Shown in pieces: positions 39,943-49,869 of a stretch of 64,000 bases of DNA. A program made the position numbers and the translations under genes. Every line of letters starts with the position of its first letter. Position 1 is the stretch's first letter. Below the pieces are notes generated by a model. It did not search any database and was not told the DNA's origin. It worked only from the letters and a program-made list of their open reading frames with translations. The DNA is from Patescibacteria group bacterium (GTDB lineage Bacteria > Patescibacteriota > Minisyncoccia > Minisyncoccales > GWA2-38-27): positions 22,914 through 86,913 of the forward strand of contig JAHCRG010000007.1 in the NCBI GenBank assembly GCA_020148045.1, given 5' to 3'.

Positions 39943-40971
39943 TCATTTTTTGTTATAAAATCTTATTAAATTTGGAAGATTTTGCGCTGTTTCTTGAGAA
40001 TAACAACTCTGCATACATAAATTTTTACAATTTTTTGAATGAATACGCAATTTATAAGCTTCTTTTGATTCCCAAGCTCTTTTTAAAGAAATTTTATCTA
40101 AATTCCCGCAAATTCCGTGACAACTATAAATTAAAGGTTCATTTTTTGCATAACAGATAAACACAGTTTTAAATCCGCCAAAACATATCCAATCTTTCTG
40201 TGTAAGTTGTCTCTGGTAATATTTAAGCAATAGCTCCAGGCGGGGCTCTTCGCAAATAGTTATGTGCTTTGGTCTATATTTTCTTAGCTTTGCGAGTTCG
40301 TCTTTCAATATGGCGACGTCTTCTTTCTCTAGCCAAAACGGAGATAATCTTCTGTCAAAAAAATTTGTATTATCGCTCGCTAACGGCTGGAAATTAATTA
40401 CATCGGCACCTAATTCATCGGCTAATTTGACCAGTTTAAATAATTCTTTTACATTTCTATTCATAACCGTACAGGCAATTCCTATCGACAAAGAACCATT
40501 GTTGTTTCTTTTTTCCATTAAAATCTTTATCGCCTTTATTGCCTTTTTAAATGCGCCTCTGCCTCTGAAAAAATCGTGTGTGTGGCCTAATCCATCAATA
40601 GAAAAATGGATGTGATTTATCTTGGAGTTGATAATCCTGTCTGCTAACTCACTGCCTATCGACATACCGTTGGTAGTAATTATATTTTGTAATCCTTTCT
40701 TATGAGAGTAATTACAAATTTCGAATATATCTTCTCGCAAGAAAGGTTCTCCGCCGGTTAAAACTACTTTTCTTACTGTATAATCAGCAGCTTCCTCAAT
40801 TATATGAAATATCTGTCCAGTAGACAGCTCTTCTTTCCGAGGCAATAAATCAACTATACTGCACATTTTGCATCTTAAATTGCATCTATAGGTGAGCGAA
40901 ATCTGAATTATTTCTGGCGCAATTATAGGATAATCTATTTTCCGGGATAACCAAGAAAGAAACGTATTCAT
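39943..40971 (-). CDS. Radical SAM/SPASM(twitch) protein
   Basis: CNLRCKMC, TGGEPFLR, WICFGGF...YSC...CKNLCMQSC. Confidence 0.9.
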   Translation of the reverse strand: MNTFLSWLSRKIDYPIIAPEIIQISLTYRCNLRCKMCSIVDLLPRKEELSTGQIFHIIEEAADYTVRKVVLTGGEPFLREDIFEICNYSHKKGLQNIITTNGMSIGSELADRIINSKINHIHFSIDGLGHTHDFFRGRGAFKKAIKAIKILMEKRNNNGSLSIGIACTVMNRNVKELFKLVKLADELGADVINFQPLASDNTNFFDRRLSPFWLEKEDVAILKDELAKLRKYRPKHITICEEPRLELLLKYYQRQLTQKDWICFGGFKTVFICYAKNEPLIYSCHGICGNLDKISLKRAWESKEAYKLRIHSKNCKNLCMQSCYSQETAQNLPNLIRFYNKK

Positions 40972-42878
40972 TATTCAGGGTCACAAAAACATGGCAACAA
41001 ACATGGCCATGAACATTTTGCTACTCTTTCCCTTGCCTTAATCATTTGTCTACTCTGAAGAATATCTTCCAAATCCTGCTTCTTTATGTTTCCATAAGAC
41101 GAAAAACAAGTTCTGCTTTCTCCCTGATTAGAAACTAAAATTGTATATTTAGCAGATATACATTTCACATCCTCAGAAGTAATTATGCCCCGGAAATATT
41201 TTTTAATACATGATAAATTCTTAATAGAATTCCTTACAAAGCATGGATTCTCTTTCTTAAATTCTATTAATCCATCTATAATTTCATCAAGCATATTAAA
41301 CCTTTCTTTTGGAATCCAGAAAAGGGATTTGTTCCGTTGAGTCATTTTTAAATTATTTGGCAGTAATGCCTGGAATTGCAAGGAATTTGCTCCTAATGAC
41401 AAAATAAGCCCTGTCAACTCAAGCAATTCTTCCAGATTTTGATTTAAAATTACAACAATCGCATTAAAGTTTACCCGGGGATATTCTTTTTTTAATTGTG
41501 CAAGCAACTCCAGTCCTTTTACTGTTTTTTGCCAGGAGATATCAGAATTTCTTATCGCATTATGTATTTGTGGCTTTACGGAATCCAAAGAAATAACCGG
41601 AGAAATTGTATTGTCTACAAGATACGGGGTTAATCTCTTTAAGTATTCTTCTATAACTACCCCATTGCTTAAAATTCCTAAATTTTTAATCCCTAATGTT
41701 TTTGTATAATCAAGTATTTCAAATATATCTTTCCTTAACAAAGGCTCTCCTCCGGATAAAGTAATTTCTTTTATTCCTACTCCTTTAGTTTGGGAAAGAA
41801 TCTTTTTAATATAAGAAATAGGAATATCCTTATCTCTATTTGCTGTCTTCCATATATCGCAAATCCGGCAAGAAAGATTGCAAGAATGAGTAATATCTAA
41901 TATAAGAAGGCGGGGAATGCAGAAAGGCTTTTTCTCTCTCTTTAAGGACTTTTCACTTATTCTAATAAATTCTAAGACATTACCTGCAATGTAGAAAATT
42001 TTATGAAGGACAAAATGTGAATAGATAGATATTTTTTTATGGATATCATTAACATTACTTTCTTTTATAAGCCTTCTTCCTAAAGAATAGCTAAAACGAG
42101 GAATCTTTATAATATTAATCAAAATAGCAATCCAGAAAGAAAACTTACCTGTTTTTAATTCCTTCAATAAAGGGTGGTCTTTATGCACACATTGGGTTAA
42201 TAAATTTCCTCTTCCATAAATACAGGCTTGCCTTATAAAACTGTTTAGAGTATCATTTCGATAATGGAGGACTTTTATATTCTTATTCCAGATAAATCTA
42301 TGCCCGTGTTTAAATAAACGCCAGAAGAATTCTAAGTCTTCTCCTCCTGGCAAAGAAAATCTCTCATTAAATGTATATTTATCAAAAATCCGTCTTTTAA
42401 AAGAAACATTGCAGGTTGGAAAAAATATAATCTCTTTTTTCTTATTTAAATTAGTTTGGATAGCGCCGTTGCTTAAAAATTGACCCACCATAATACTCGT
42501 TTTTTTATAAGGAGTTTCTGTCAGGCCCCCCACAGTGATAATTTCTGGATTTTTTTTATGGGACTCAACCATCAGCTTAACCCAATCTCTATCTAATGTA
42601 CAGTCATCATCGGTAAAACCAATAATTTTCCCTTTTGCTTCTTTTATCCCTAAGTTGCGGGCGCAAGCTGGCCCTTTATGAAGCTGCTGAATATATCTTA
42701 GATTTTTATACTTTTGCATTAAGGCATCTATCATCTGGGGGATGTCATCCGATGAGCCATCGTCTACTATTATAATCTCATACTTATCCTTTGAATAGTC
42801 CTGCTCATCCAAAGACAAAAGGCATCTCTTTAATGTCTCTTTTCTGTTATAAGCTGGGATTATTATCGATAATTCCAT
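40971..42878 (-). CDS. GT2 glycosyltransferase / radical SAM-twitch fusion protein
   Basis: N-term IIIPAYN, DDGS, FTDDD, GGED; C-term CNLSCRIC, SGGEPLLR, CSWPCLLPC in one frame. Confidence 0.88.
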   Translation of the reverse strand: MELSIIIPAYNRKETLKRCLLSLDEQDYSKDKYEIIIVDDGSSDDIPQMIDALMQKYKNLRYIQQLHKGPACARNLGIKEAKGKIIGFTDDDCTLDRDWVKLMVESHKKNPEIITVGGLTETPYKKTSIMVGQFLSNGAIQTNLNKKKEIIFFPTCNVSFKRRIFDKYTFNERFSLPGGEDLEFFWRLFKHGHRFIWNKNIKVLHYRNDTLNSFIRQACIYGRGNLLTQCVHKDHPLLKELKTGKFSFWIAILINIIKIPRFSYSLGRRLIKESNVNDIHKKISIYSHFVLHKIFYIAGNVLEFIRISEKSLKREKKPFCIPRLLILDITHSCNLSCRICDIWKTANRDKDIPISYIKKILSQTKGVGIKEITLSGGEPLLRKDIFEILDYTKTLGIKNLGILSNGVVIEEYLKRLTPYLVDNTISPVISLDSVKPQIHNAIRNSDISWQKTVKGLELLAQLKKEYPRVNFNAIVVILNQNLEELLELTGLILSLGANSLQFQALLPNNLKMTQRNKSLFWIPKERFNMLDEIIDGLIEFKKENPCFVRNSIKNLSCIKKYFRGIITSEDVKCISAKYTILVSNQGESRTCFSSYGNIKKQDLEDILQSRQMIKARERVAKCSWPCLLPCFCDPE

Positions 42879-45015
42879 TTATTTGCTGTTCTCCATATTC
42901 CCAATATTCAGCTAGGTTGTTGCTCTTATTGGCCAAAATCTTTATACAAGTCAAACTGAGAGCAGGAAAATTGTGAGAAAAACTAATCGCGTCTTCGCCT
43001 TCTGGCCCTTCTTCTAGTATGACCTCTGTATAAAAGGATTTCTTTTCTTTATTTACTACCATTACTATGATATTGTCTCCATTGTTGCATGCATAAACAT
43101 TAAGTCTCCCGGGTAAGGAGCTTCCGGCATCTAAAATACTGCCTTTGAAATTCAATGAATATAAAGCCAAAACGTAATATAGAGGAGTAATGTTATCCGT
43201 TTCGTCAATTAAAGCTATATTATGATCTGATGAATTTAAGCAAAATTGCGTTGCGTAGCCTACCCTATATTTGGCCATAATACCGTAAAGGTCAGCAAGG
43301 TATAAAACTTTTATAATTGGGTCATAATCTACCATCGATTGAGATTCTATATTAAATTCTGTAATTGCTAATTCTGTCCCGGGGTAATTGGTTTCTATCC
43401 ATTTTTTAAATTTTGGTAAAACTTCGCCGATTTGTCCGCAAGGAAGGGAATGGTCATAATTATTAATATAATTATGGCTCCACCAGGTCTGGGTTGACCT
43501 CAAAATCAGCGAGATGTCTTTTTCTATCTTACCTGTCAGGGGGTCTCTAAAAATAGGATACAGATGGAAACTCAAAACATCCAAAATACGAAATCCTTCT
43601 GGATTTTCAGTTTTATTATTTTGATATTCATAACATTTATTCAAAAAATATTCTATGATTTGACGCTGGCTATCCTCCGGGGATAGTGTCCCCCAGTTCA
43701 TCCAAGAGCTGGAGATAGCAGGAGCAAAAATCTTTATCTGCAAGGCCGGATTTATTTCGGCCTGGGCTTTTTTCATTGCTACTGAAATTTTCTTAAATAT
43801 TTCAAAATATTCTCTAATTGAGCAAGGGGTCTTTCTCACATCGAAGTGGACATCGTGCCATATAAAAGGCTCATTGCCTATTTCAAAAAATTTAATATTA
43901 TAGCCTCTTTCTTTATTAAGATACCGCACCAAATCTGCCGTATCTTCAGGGTCCATACATTTCGTAAATTTATCCTTGTTTTTTTCGTCAGGGGCATATC
44001 CTAAAGCATTAATCTGGATTAACGGCTCTGCGCCTATTTGACGGCAGTATTGGATAAACTCATCTAAATCTGTCATAGTCAGTGCTTTTTCATTCGCCGG
44101 AAAGGTATATTTGCTACTGCGCCAATTATATCTATCCATAAAAGGTCCGCCTGCTCTTATTAATTTCAAACCAAGAGGGGCTACTTTTTTCTTATCCGGC
44201 AAATCAAGCCAAACGCCCCAGTTTGCTCCATAGAGGCATGGGCTTATCATTTTATCTTTTTGCCGGAAGGCGCAACTGTAAACTCTAATCTTTGCATCGG
44301 TTTTCTCTGAACTGCGATTTATTAAATTTATTAAAGAATGCTTGGGCGGTAGACTACGGACTCTTTCCAAATTTGGTATTTCTGGAAGTTCTTTTTGTAA
44401 GAAATTTATATTAAGTAAATATATACTTCCTCGTTCGCCATCCCTTCCTTTCTTATGTAAACCAAATGTCTTTACTTTATCCCATTCTATAGATGGATTA
44501 AAACCGCGGTGACGTGGTGTCCAATCTTTAGCTATTTTAAATTGAGAGAAAGGTAAATATATTTTTTTATATTTATCAGTGACTATAAATCTATACCAGC
44601 AGGGTTTAGGTATCCCTGTGTTTTTATCCTTAGTTAAAAAATAGAAATAAACTTCCTCCCTCTTTTCACCTTTAATATATAATTGAACTCCTGTATACCC
44701 TGTCAAGTCGTTCACCCTTTCAAATTCTATAAAAAAGTCTATCTCCGGCCAAAGCCACAATTCTGTTGCTTTTAAAGTATAGTTAAATCTGACACTGTCT
44801 TTCTTTTCGTTTGAAGTTTCTACATAGCCAATTGAAGCACCCGGCCAACCTGAATCGTTTAATACCTTCCAATGCCCGGAATCGAAATCTAAAGAGCGGT
44901 CATCCTTTTCTAAAGCAGCGTATGAATATTCATAGAGGGTAAATCCTGTTAAAAATACTAAAACAACGGTTATCCCTTTTATTGTAATTCTATTTTTGCA
45001 ATTAAATATAGTCAT
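42847..45015 (-). CDS. Exported glycoside hydrolase (GH44-like, clan GH-A) with N-terminal CBM11/CIA30-like domain
   Basis: Signal peptide; R.GG...DRYNW, EIGNEP, LSFHLYP, LAITEF. Confidence 0.7.
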   Translation of the reverse strand: MTIFNCKNRITIKGITVVLVFLTGFTLYEYSYAALEKDDRSLDFDSGHWKVLNDSGWPGASIGYVETSNEKKDSVRFNYTLKATELWLWPEIDFFIEFERVNDLTGYTGVQLYIKGEKREEVYFYFLTKDKNTGIPKPCWYRFIVTDKYKKIYLPFSQFKIAKDWTPRHRGFNPSIEWDKVKTFGLHKKGRDGERGSIYLLNINFLQKELPEIPNLERVRSLPPKHSLINLINRSSEKTDAKIRVYSCAFRQKDKMISPCLYGANWGVWLDLPDKKKVAPLGLKLIRAGGPFMDRYNWRSSKYTFPANEKALTMTDLDEFIQYCRQIGAEPLIQINALGYAPDEKNKDKFTKCMDPEDTADLVRYLNKERGYNIKFFEIGNEPFIWHDVHFDVRKTPCSIREYFEIFKKISVAMKKAQAEINPALQIKIFAPAISSSWMNWGTLSPEDSQRQIIEYFLNKCYEYQNNKTENPEGFRILDVLSFHLYPIFRDPLTGKIEKDISLILRSTQTWWSHNYINNYDHSLPCGQIGEVLPKFKKWIETNYPGTELAITEFNIESQSMVDYDPIIKVLYLADLYGIMAKYRVGYATQFCLNSSDHNIALIDETDNITPLYYVLALYSLNFKGSILDAGSSLPGRLNVYACNNGDNIIVMVVNKEKKSFYTEVILEEGPEGEDAISFSHNFPALSLTCIKILANKSNNLAEYWEYGEQQINGIIDNNPSL

Positions 45016-45018
45016 CTA

Positions 45019-45063
45019 ACTATTGAATAAACCCTGTTAGAGAGCTTTCTCTAACGGAGTAAA
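45019..45063. repeat. Short palindromic (REP-like) element overlapping the wzt 3' end
   Basis: ACCCTGTTAGAGA-gctt-TCTCTAACGGAGT imperfect inverted repeat. Confidence 0.45.
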
Positions 45064-47772
45064 ATGGATTCTCCCGCAGAAATACAGGTATTCGCCGGGA
45101 AAGATAGTTAGCCTTTGCGGATTTAAATACTGCAAGACTCTGCCCCGATGATAGACATCCGAATTTATAATATTAAGACGCCAATCTGGATTTTGCTTTT
45201 GCGGAAAAAATATAACTGATGGTAAACGCTTTTTATCTGCGGATTCGGCTGCTACGGCAATGTATTGGGTATTGTTGCCTCCGGACCATATACAATCCCA
45301 ATCATCGGCAATATCTTCTTTAAAGGAAGGGAAAAAGCCTTTTTCTTTATCTGTTATCCACCCGGAGTACTTTTCAGAAAGCATAAGGTTTGTCTGCAAA
45401 CGATCAACCTCTATTTTCTTATCTACTTTCGTTTTAACAGTGAATTCAAAGGAATTGTCTTTTTTTAATCTAATTTGCCAGTGTTGACTTATGGGTAGAT
45501 ATAACCACTTTCCAAAGACCTTAATTGTCTCTCTACTTTTCTCTTCAGTCTTCCATATAGCTTTTGAGTAAGAGTCGTGCCAACGTCCCTTTGAGCGAAT
45601 AGATGTATATAGGCCAAAACCCTTCGTCAGCTCTGTTCCTTCCCAGTAAATGCAGCCTTTGCCTTTATCAAAGTTAAAATCTAAACTTTTAGTTCGAAGT
45701 ATATTTGCCGAATCTTCTATACGTACCTGAGCGGCTTTATTCAAATTGGCTTCAATTGCAAAGCAAGAGTATTCTCCCGGTAAAAGCCTTACATTCTCTT
45801 CTGGTTCAACCTTCTCTATCCGTAATATCCTTGCTTTATGATAAAAATCTGCGTTGAGAATTTTGGCAAAGTTATTTAAATCTTTAGAGAACTTTAAAGA
45901 TAGAGCGGGAAACCGATTATTTTGACTGAGAAGTCCAATTGAACCATCAGGAATACATCTTTGCAACATATCTATCTCACTTTCTAAAAACTTATCTGGA
46001 AGATTTCCTGCTCCATAGTCACTAAAATAATGTTTATAACCTTCGGAGCATATAAACTCAGCCCGTTGCTCCTGGATATCCACTTCAGCATTAACTTCCA
46101 TATTAACCTTCCATGAAAACTGAGACTTATTACTTATTTCCATTTCCCAAATCTGCACAATGGGAAGATTGCGCCACATACCTCTGGCAATTAGTTTATT
46201 CTTATCTTCCTTTTTAACTTCCCAATGTGCTAAATGAGAGTAATAGCGCCTTCCATTCATATAAAATGAAGTACCTATATGGGGGGCACAAGTCAAATTT
46301 GTGCCATCGTATAAAAGTATACCCTTGCCTTTCTCAAATACTAATTTCAATTCATCATCAACTAAAGTAAAACCATCCTGTAATTTTTCTAAATAATTAT
46401 TTATATCTGGACAATTAAGAATTATTTTTCCCGAAAAGTAAACAAAATGATTGGCACAACTTGATGAGTAATTCTGCAAAGCTAAGGCCCTGTATTGTAA
46501 CATCCTGCAATTATTAAAGTAATCGCTATTTAATATTTGAGCCCGGCATTTAGATGTATAGCCAGATTGCTCGAAAATTAATGAAGGAAGTTTACCATCT
46601 AGAATCTCCTTTGTTCTTACACCGATACATTTTCTAAAACCATTTACGTTAAGCAACTCTTGCCAGTCTTTATCATTATTATCTTTGGATGGAAATTCGC
46701 CTTTTTCTGAAGGAGTAAACCATTGAGCGTATTCATTACTTAACATAATATTTGTGTATCCTTCTTGAATTTCAATGGGTTCTTGCAATTCCATTTCGAT
46801 ATTCCATTTTAGCTCATAATTATCAGTTAGTTCCAATCTCCAAACCTGAGTCAGTGCCAGTTGGTAGAATTGGCCTTTAGCCACTAATTTATTTTCGCTT
46901 TCTCTTTTAACCTCCCAGTCTGCCTGAAGGGAACTATACCATCTATTTGCGGTAAGGAAAATAGTATGTGCTCCGGAATTAGGAGTAAGAAGCTTATCTT
47001 GCCAATTTATAAAAAATCGACCATTATTAAATACAACATTCAAAGGTCCTCTTTCTAAAAAGCCTACACCTTCTTTAACGCCAAACATCTGTGTATAAAG
47101 CCGAATTACTTTGTCAGTCAGGCCATCCTTGACTATCCTGCCCTCTTTGAGGAAAATTGCTCTTTTACAGATGCGCCTCAACATATTCATATCGTGGGTA
47201 ACAACGATAATAGTCCTTCCTTGTTCTTTTAATTCAAATATCTTTTTAATGCATTTTCTCTGAAAATATTCATCTCCGACTGTCAGGATATCGTCGATAA
47301 GTAGTATATCGGGGTCCATATGGATAGCGATAGAAAAGGCAAGGCGAACGAACATACCTTGAGAGTAACATTTGACCGGTGCATAGATAAATTTACCCAG
47401 AGAAGCAAAATTTACAATCTCTTCATATTTTTCTTCAATCTGACTCTGAGTTAGGCCAAATAAACTGGCATTTAAATAAATATTCTCTCTGCCTGTAAGT
47501 TCTGATTGAAAACCCGCGCCCAATTCTAAAAGTCCAGAAACTCTTCCCGAAACTTTAAGTTCTCCGCGGTCTGATTTAAGCATTCCAGCGATTAACTTCA
47601 AAATTGTAGATTTACCTGAGCCATTTTCTCCAATTATCCCTAACGTTTCTCCCCGCTCAACGTTGAAACTTATGCCTTTTAACGCCCAAAAGTTATCCCA
47701 GGAGGCCTTCCCCTCAAGAATAAACTTGATCCGATACATCTCCCAAACATCTTTAAGTTGGATTATATCCAT
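45037..47772 (-). CDS. wzt: Polysaccharide ABC exporter ATPase Wzt with ~670-aa C-terminal triple-repeat extension
   Basis: FWALKGISF, GENGSGKST, LELGAGF, YSQGM..RLAF, VGD..FQ.KC; adjacent to wzm. Confidence 0.88.
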   Translation of the reverse strand: MDIIQLKDVWEMYRIKFILEGKASWDNFWALKGISFNVERGETLGIIGENGSGKSTILKLIAGMLKSDRGELKVSGRVSGLLELGAGFQSELTGRENIYLNASLFGLTQSQIEEKYEEIVNFASLGKFIYAPVKCYSQGMFVRLAFSIAIHMDPDILLIDDILTVGDEYFQRKCIKKIFELKEQGRTIIVVTHDMNMLRRICKRAIFLKEGRIVKDGLTDKVIRLYTQMFGVKEGVGFLERGPLNVVFNNGRFFINWQDKLLTPNSGAHTIFLTANRWYSSLQADWEVKRESENKLVAKGQFYQLALTQVWRLELTDNYELKWNIEMELQEPIEIQEGYTNIMLSNEYAQWFTPSEKGEFPSKDNNDKDWQELLNVNGFRKCIGVRTKEILDGKLPSLIFEQSGYTSKCRAQILNSDYFNNCRMLQYRALALQNYSSSCANHFVYFSGKIILNCPDINNYLEKLQDGFTLVDDELKLVFEKGKGILLYDGTNLTCAPHIGTSFYMNGRRYYSHLAHWEVKKEDKNKLIARGMWRNLPIVQIWEMEISNKSQFSWKVNMEVNAEVDIQEQRAEFICSEGYKHYFSDYGAGNLPDKFLESEIDMLQRCIPDGSIGLLSQNNRFPALSLKFSKDLNNFAKILNADFYHKARILRIEKVEPEENVRLLPGEYSCFAIEANLNKAAQVRIEDSANILRTKSLDFNFDKGKGCIYWEGTELTKGFGLYTSIRSKGRWHDSYSKAIWKTEEKSRETIKVFGKWLYLPISQHWQIRLKKDNSFEFTVKTKVDKKIEVDRLQTNLMLSEKYSGWITDKEKGFFPSFKEDIADDWDCIWSGGNNTQYIAVAAESADKKRLPSVIFFPQKQNPDWRLNIINSDVYHRGRVLQYLNPQRLTIFPGEYLYFCGRIHFTPLEKAL

Positions 47773-47773
47773 T

Positions 47774-48553
47774 CTAGATTTCCTTTAAAATTTTGGATTC
47801 AGAAGAAGAAAAAAACATCAAGCCTAGAATTAGACTTAAGGCGGTCCAAATAAATATACCTATAAATACGGGGGAGTTGGGAACATTACCTCTAAAAATA
47901 ATGTCTCTATAAAAAACAATAAAAGGTGTCATTGGATTAAAGCCGCAAACCCAACGAAAGTTTGCGGGAATCATATCTACAGAATAAAATACCGGTGTAA
48001 TCCAAAACCATAACATTAATAAGACTCCTAATAGATGGCTGATGTCGCGAAAAAAGACATTCAAAACAGACAAAGCTAAACCCAGCCCACAAACAAAAAA
48101 AAGGTTCAGGAGAAGAACAATAATTAAAAGTGGTAATAACAATACTATCTTTGGACTAAAGAATAGAAATAAAGGATAAATGACACACCAGCCAATAAGA
48201 AAATTTAAGAAATTAGATAAAATCGAACTTAAGGGGATAATTTCGCGAGGCAAGTTAAACTGCCGTAAGATATTTTGCTGATTTAAGATAGAGGATGTTG
48301 CTTCAAATAAGGCATTGGAAAAAAACATCCAGGGAAATATTCCCGAAAGAACAAAAAGAGGAAAGTTCTTTATTTCTATTTTAAAGATGATGTTAAACAC
48401 AAAGGTTATTGCAAACATAATCAATAAAGGATTTACTATTGCCAACCAGAAGCCTAAAATAGAACCAGCGTATCTTGATTTGAGTTGCTTGATGGCCATA
48501 TCCCATAGGGTATGGCGATGCATATATATACTCTTTATTCTTCCCTTAAGCAT
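47774..48553 (-). CDS. wzm: Polysaccharide ABC exporter permease Wzm
   Basis: LKSRYAGSILG.W...NP, FFRD, TPVFY, NPM. Confidence 0.92.
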   Translation of the reverse strand: MLKGRIKSIYMHRHTLWDMAIKQLKSRYAGSILGFWLAIVNPLLIMFAITFVFNIIFKIEIKNFPLFVLSGIFPWMFFSNALFEATSSILNQQNILRQFNLPREIIPLSSILSNFLNFLIGWCVIYPLFLFFSPKIVLLLPLLIIVLLLNLFFVCGLGLALSVLNVFFRDISHLLGVLLMLWFWITPVFYSVDMIPANFRWVCGFNPMTPFIVFYRDIIFRGNVPNSPVFIGIFIWTALSLILGLMFFSSSESKILKEI

Positions 48554-49869
48554 CCTTGAGCTAGCTTATCTCCTTGTAAAACTTCAGCTATCTTCCTTCC
48601 CTCGAGTATGGCCTCTTCCATAGTCATATATTTCCAGCGCCCGTATCGGCCAATAGGGTAAATATGGTGCTGATTTAGATATTCCTGAATTGTTTTTGTG
48701 CTTTCTGTATAGTTACGGTCGTAGATTATATAGGCATATTTGATGTCCAGCGGATCGCAAACTTCAATAGTATCGGCGGCAGATAAAATTTCTACTTTAC
48801 GCAGGTCTTTTAATATCCTCTTAACTAAATCCTTTTTATTTACCGGTCTATCTGGAGAGTAGGAAACCTCCGCATATAGGGAACTTTTGCCTGGAGGGAC
48901 TAAAGCAGAAGAAAAGTTATGAGGAAAGCCAACGCGAAAGAAAATAAATTTTTTTTCCGGGAAATATATCCAGTGTTTATCGCTAATATTACCTCTGGCT
49001 ACACCCAGGTTAAGGCAAAAGACAGAAGTATATTTCAGTTTATTTAAGGCTACCTTTATTTTTGGAGGCAGATGTGGAATAAGTTTAAGCATCTCCGGCA
49101 AGGGCAAAGTTGAAATTAAGTTAATAAATCTTGCTTTCCTGCCATTGCGGAAACTGACAGTTCTTGTCTTCAGGTCAATTTCTGCTGCCTGATGTAAAGT
49201 GTGAATGTTATTCTTAATACACCTTCGCAAAGCAAAAATAAGGTTTTCTATTCCTCCTTCTTTGCGAAGGTACCAGAATTGGGCATTATAACCAAAACGC
49301 TTTTTGCTCTGGGCAATAGTGCCGCCTAACACATCTTTCAGCGAAGGCATGGGGATGTAGCCATCCACCCATTCACAAGTAAGCCTATGGGCAGAAATAG
49401 TCCAGAACTTGTTATTATAAGGTAGCATAAAATGTCTGGCTATGCCCGGACCGAAGGTGTGCAAAATCCACTGTTTAAAGTTAGTGTGCCTGTGTTTATT
49501 GACATTGCCATTTAGCTGAGCATCGATAAAGCCCAAAACACACTCTTTGATTACATTTTTAGGCAAACCAAATAGATTAACCTGAAAAGGATATCGGGTA
49601 TAACAACCAAAAGAGTTAATCCAGGAATCTCTTCTAATGCATGTTAAATTACCCCCCATTAGCTTTTGCACCAGATTTAAGATATCCTTATCTTTAAAAT
49701 GGAGCAGGTGCCCGTCATAATCAAAGGTATAACCATTGAAGTGCCGGGAGCGACAAAGTCCGCCCGGAGTGGCTTCCTTCTCAAAAATCTGATAATCCCT
49801 CTTCAGAAAAAATGATGCACTTAAGCCGGCTAATCCTGCTCCTAATATAACAATTTTTTCTTTGTTCAT
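48535..49869 (-). CDS. FAD-dependent oxidoreductase (UDP-galactopyranose mutase/HemY-like family)
   Basis: GAGLAGL, GGLCRS, FDYDGH, GRYGRWKY. Confidence 0.75.
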   Translation of the reverse strand: MNKEKIVILGAGLAGLSASFFLKRDYQIFEKEATPGGLCRSRHFNGYTFDYDGHLLHFKDKDILNLVQKLMGGNLTCIRRDSWINSFGCYTRYPFQVNLFGLPKNVIKECVLGFIDAQLNGNVNKHRHTNFKQWILHTFGPGIARHFMLPYNNKFWTISAHRLTCEWVDGYIPMPSLKDVLGGTIAQSKKRFGYNAQFWYLRKEGGIENLIFALRRCIKNNIHTLHQAAEIDLKTRTVSFRNGRKARFINLISTLPLPEMLKLIPHLPPKIKVALNKLKYTSVFCLNLGVARGNISDKHWIYFPEKKFIFFRVGFPHNFSSALVPPGKSSLYAEVSYSPDRPVNKKDLVKRILKDLRKVEILSAADTIEVCDPLDIKYAYIIYDRNYTESTKTIQEYLNQHHIYPIGRYGRWKYMTMEEAILEGRKIAEVLQGDKLAQGCLREE

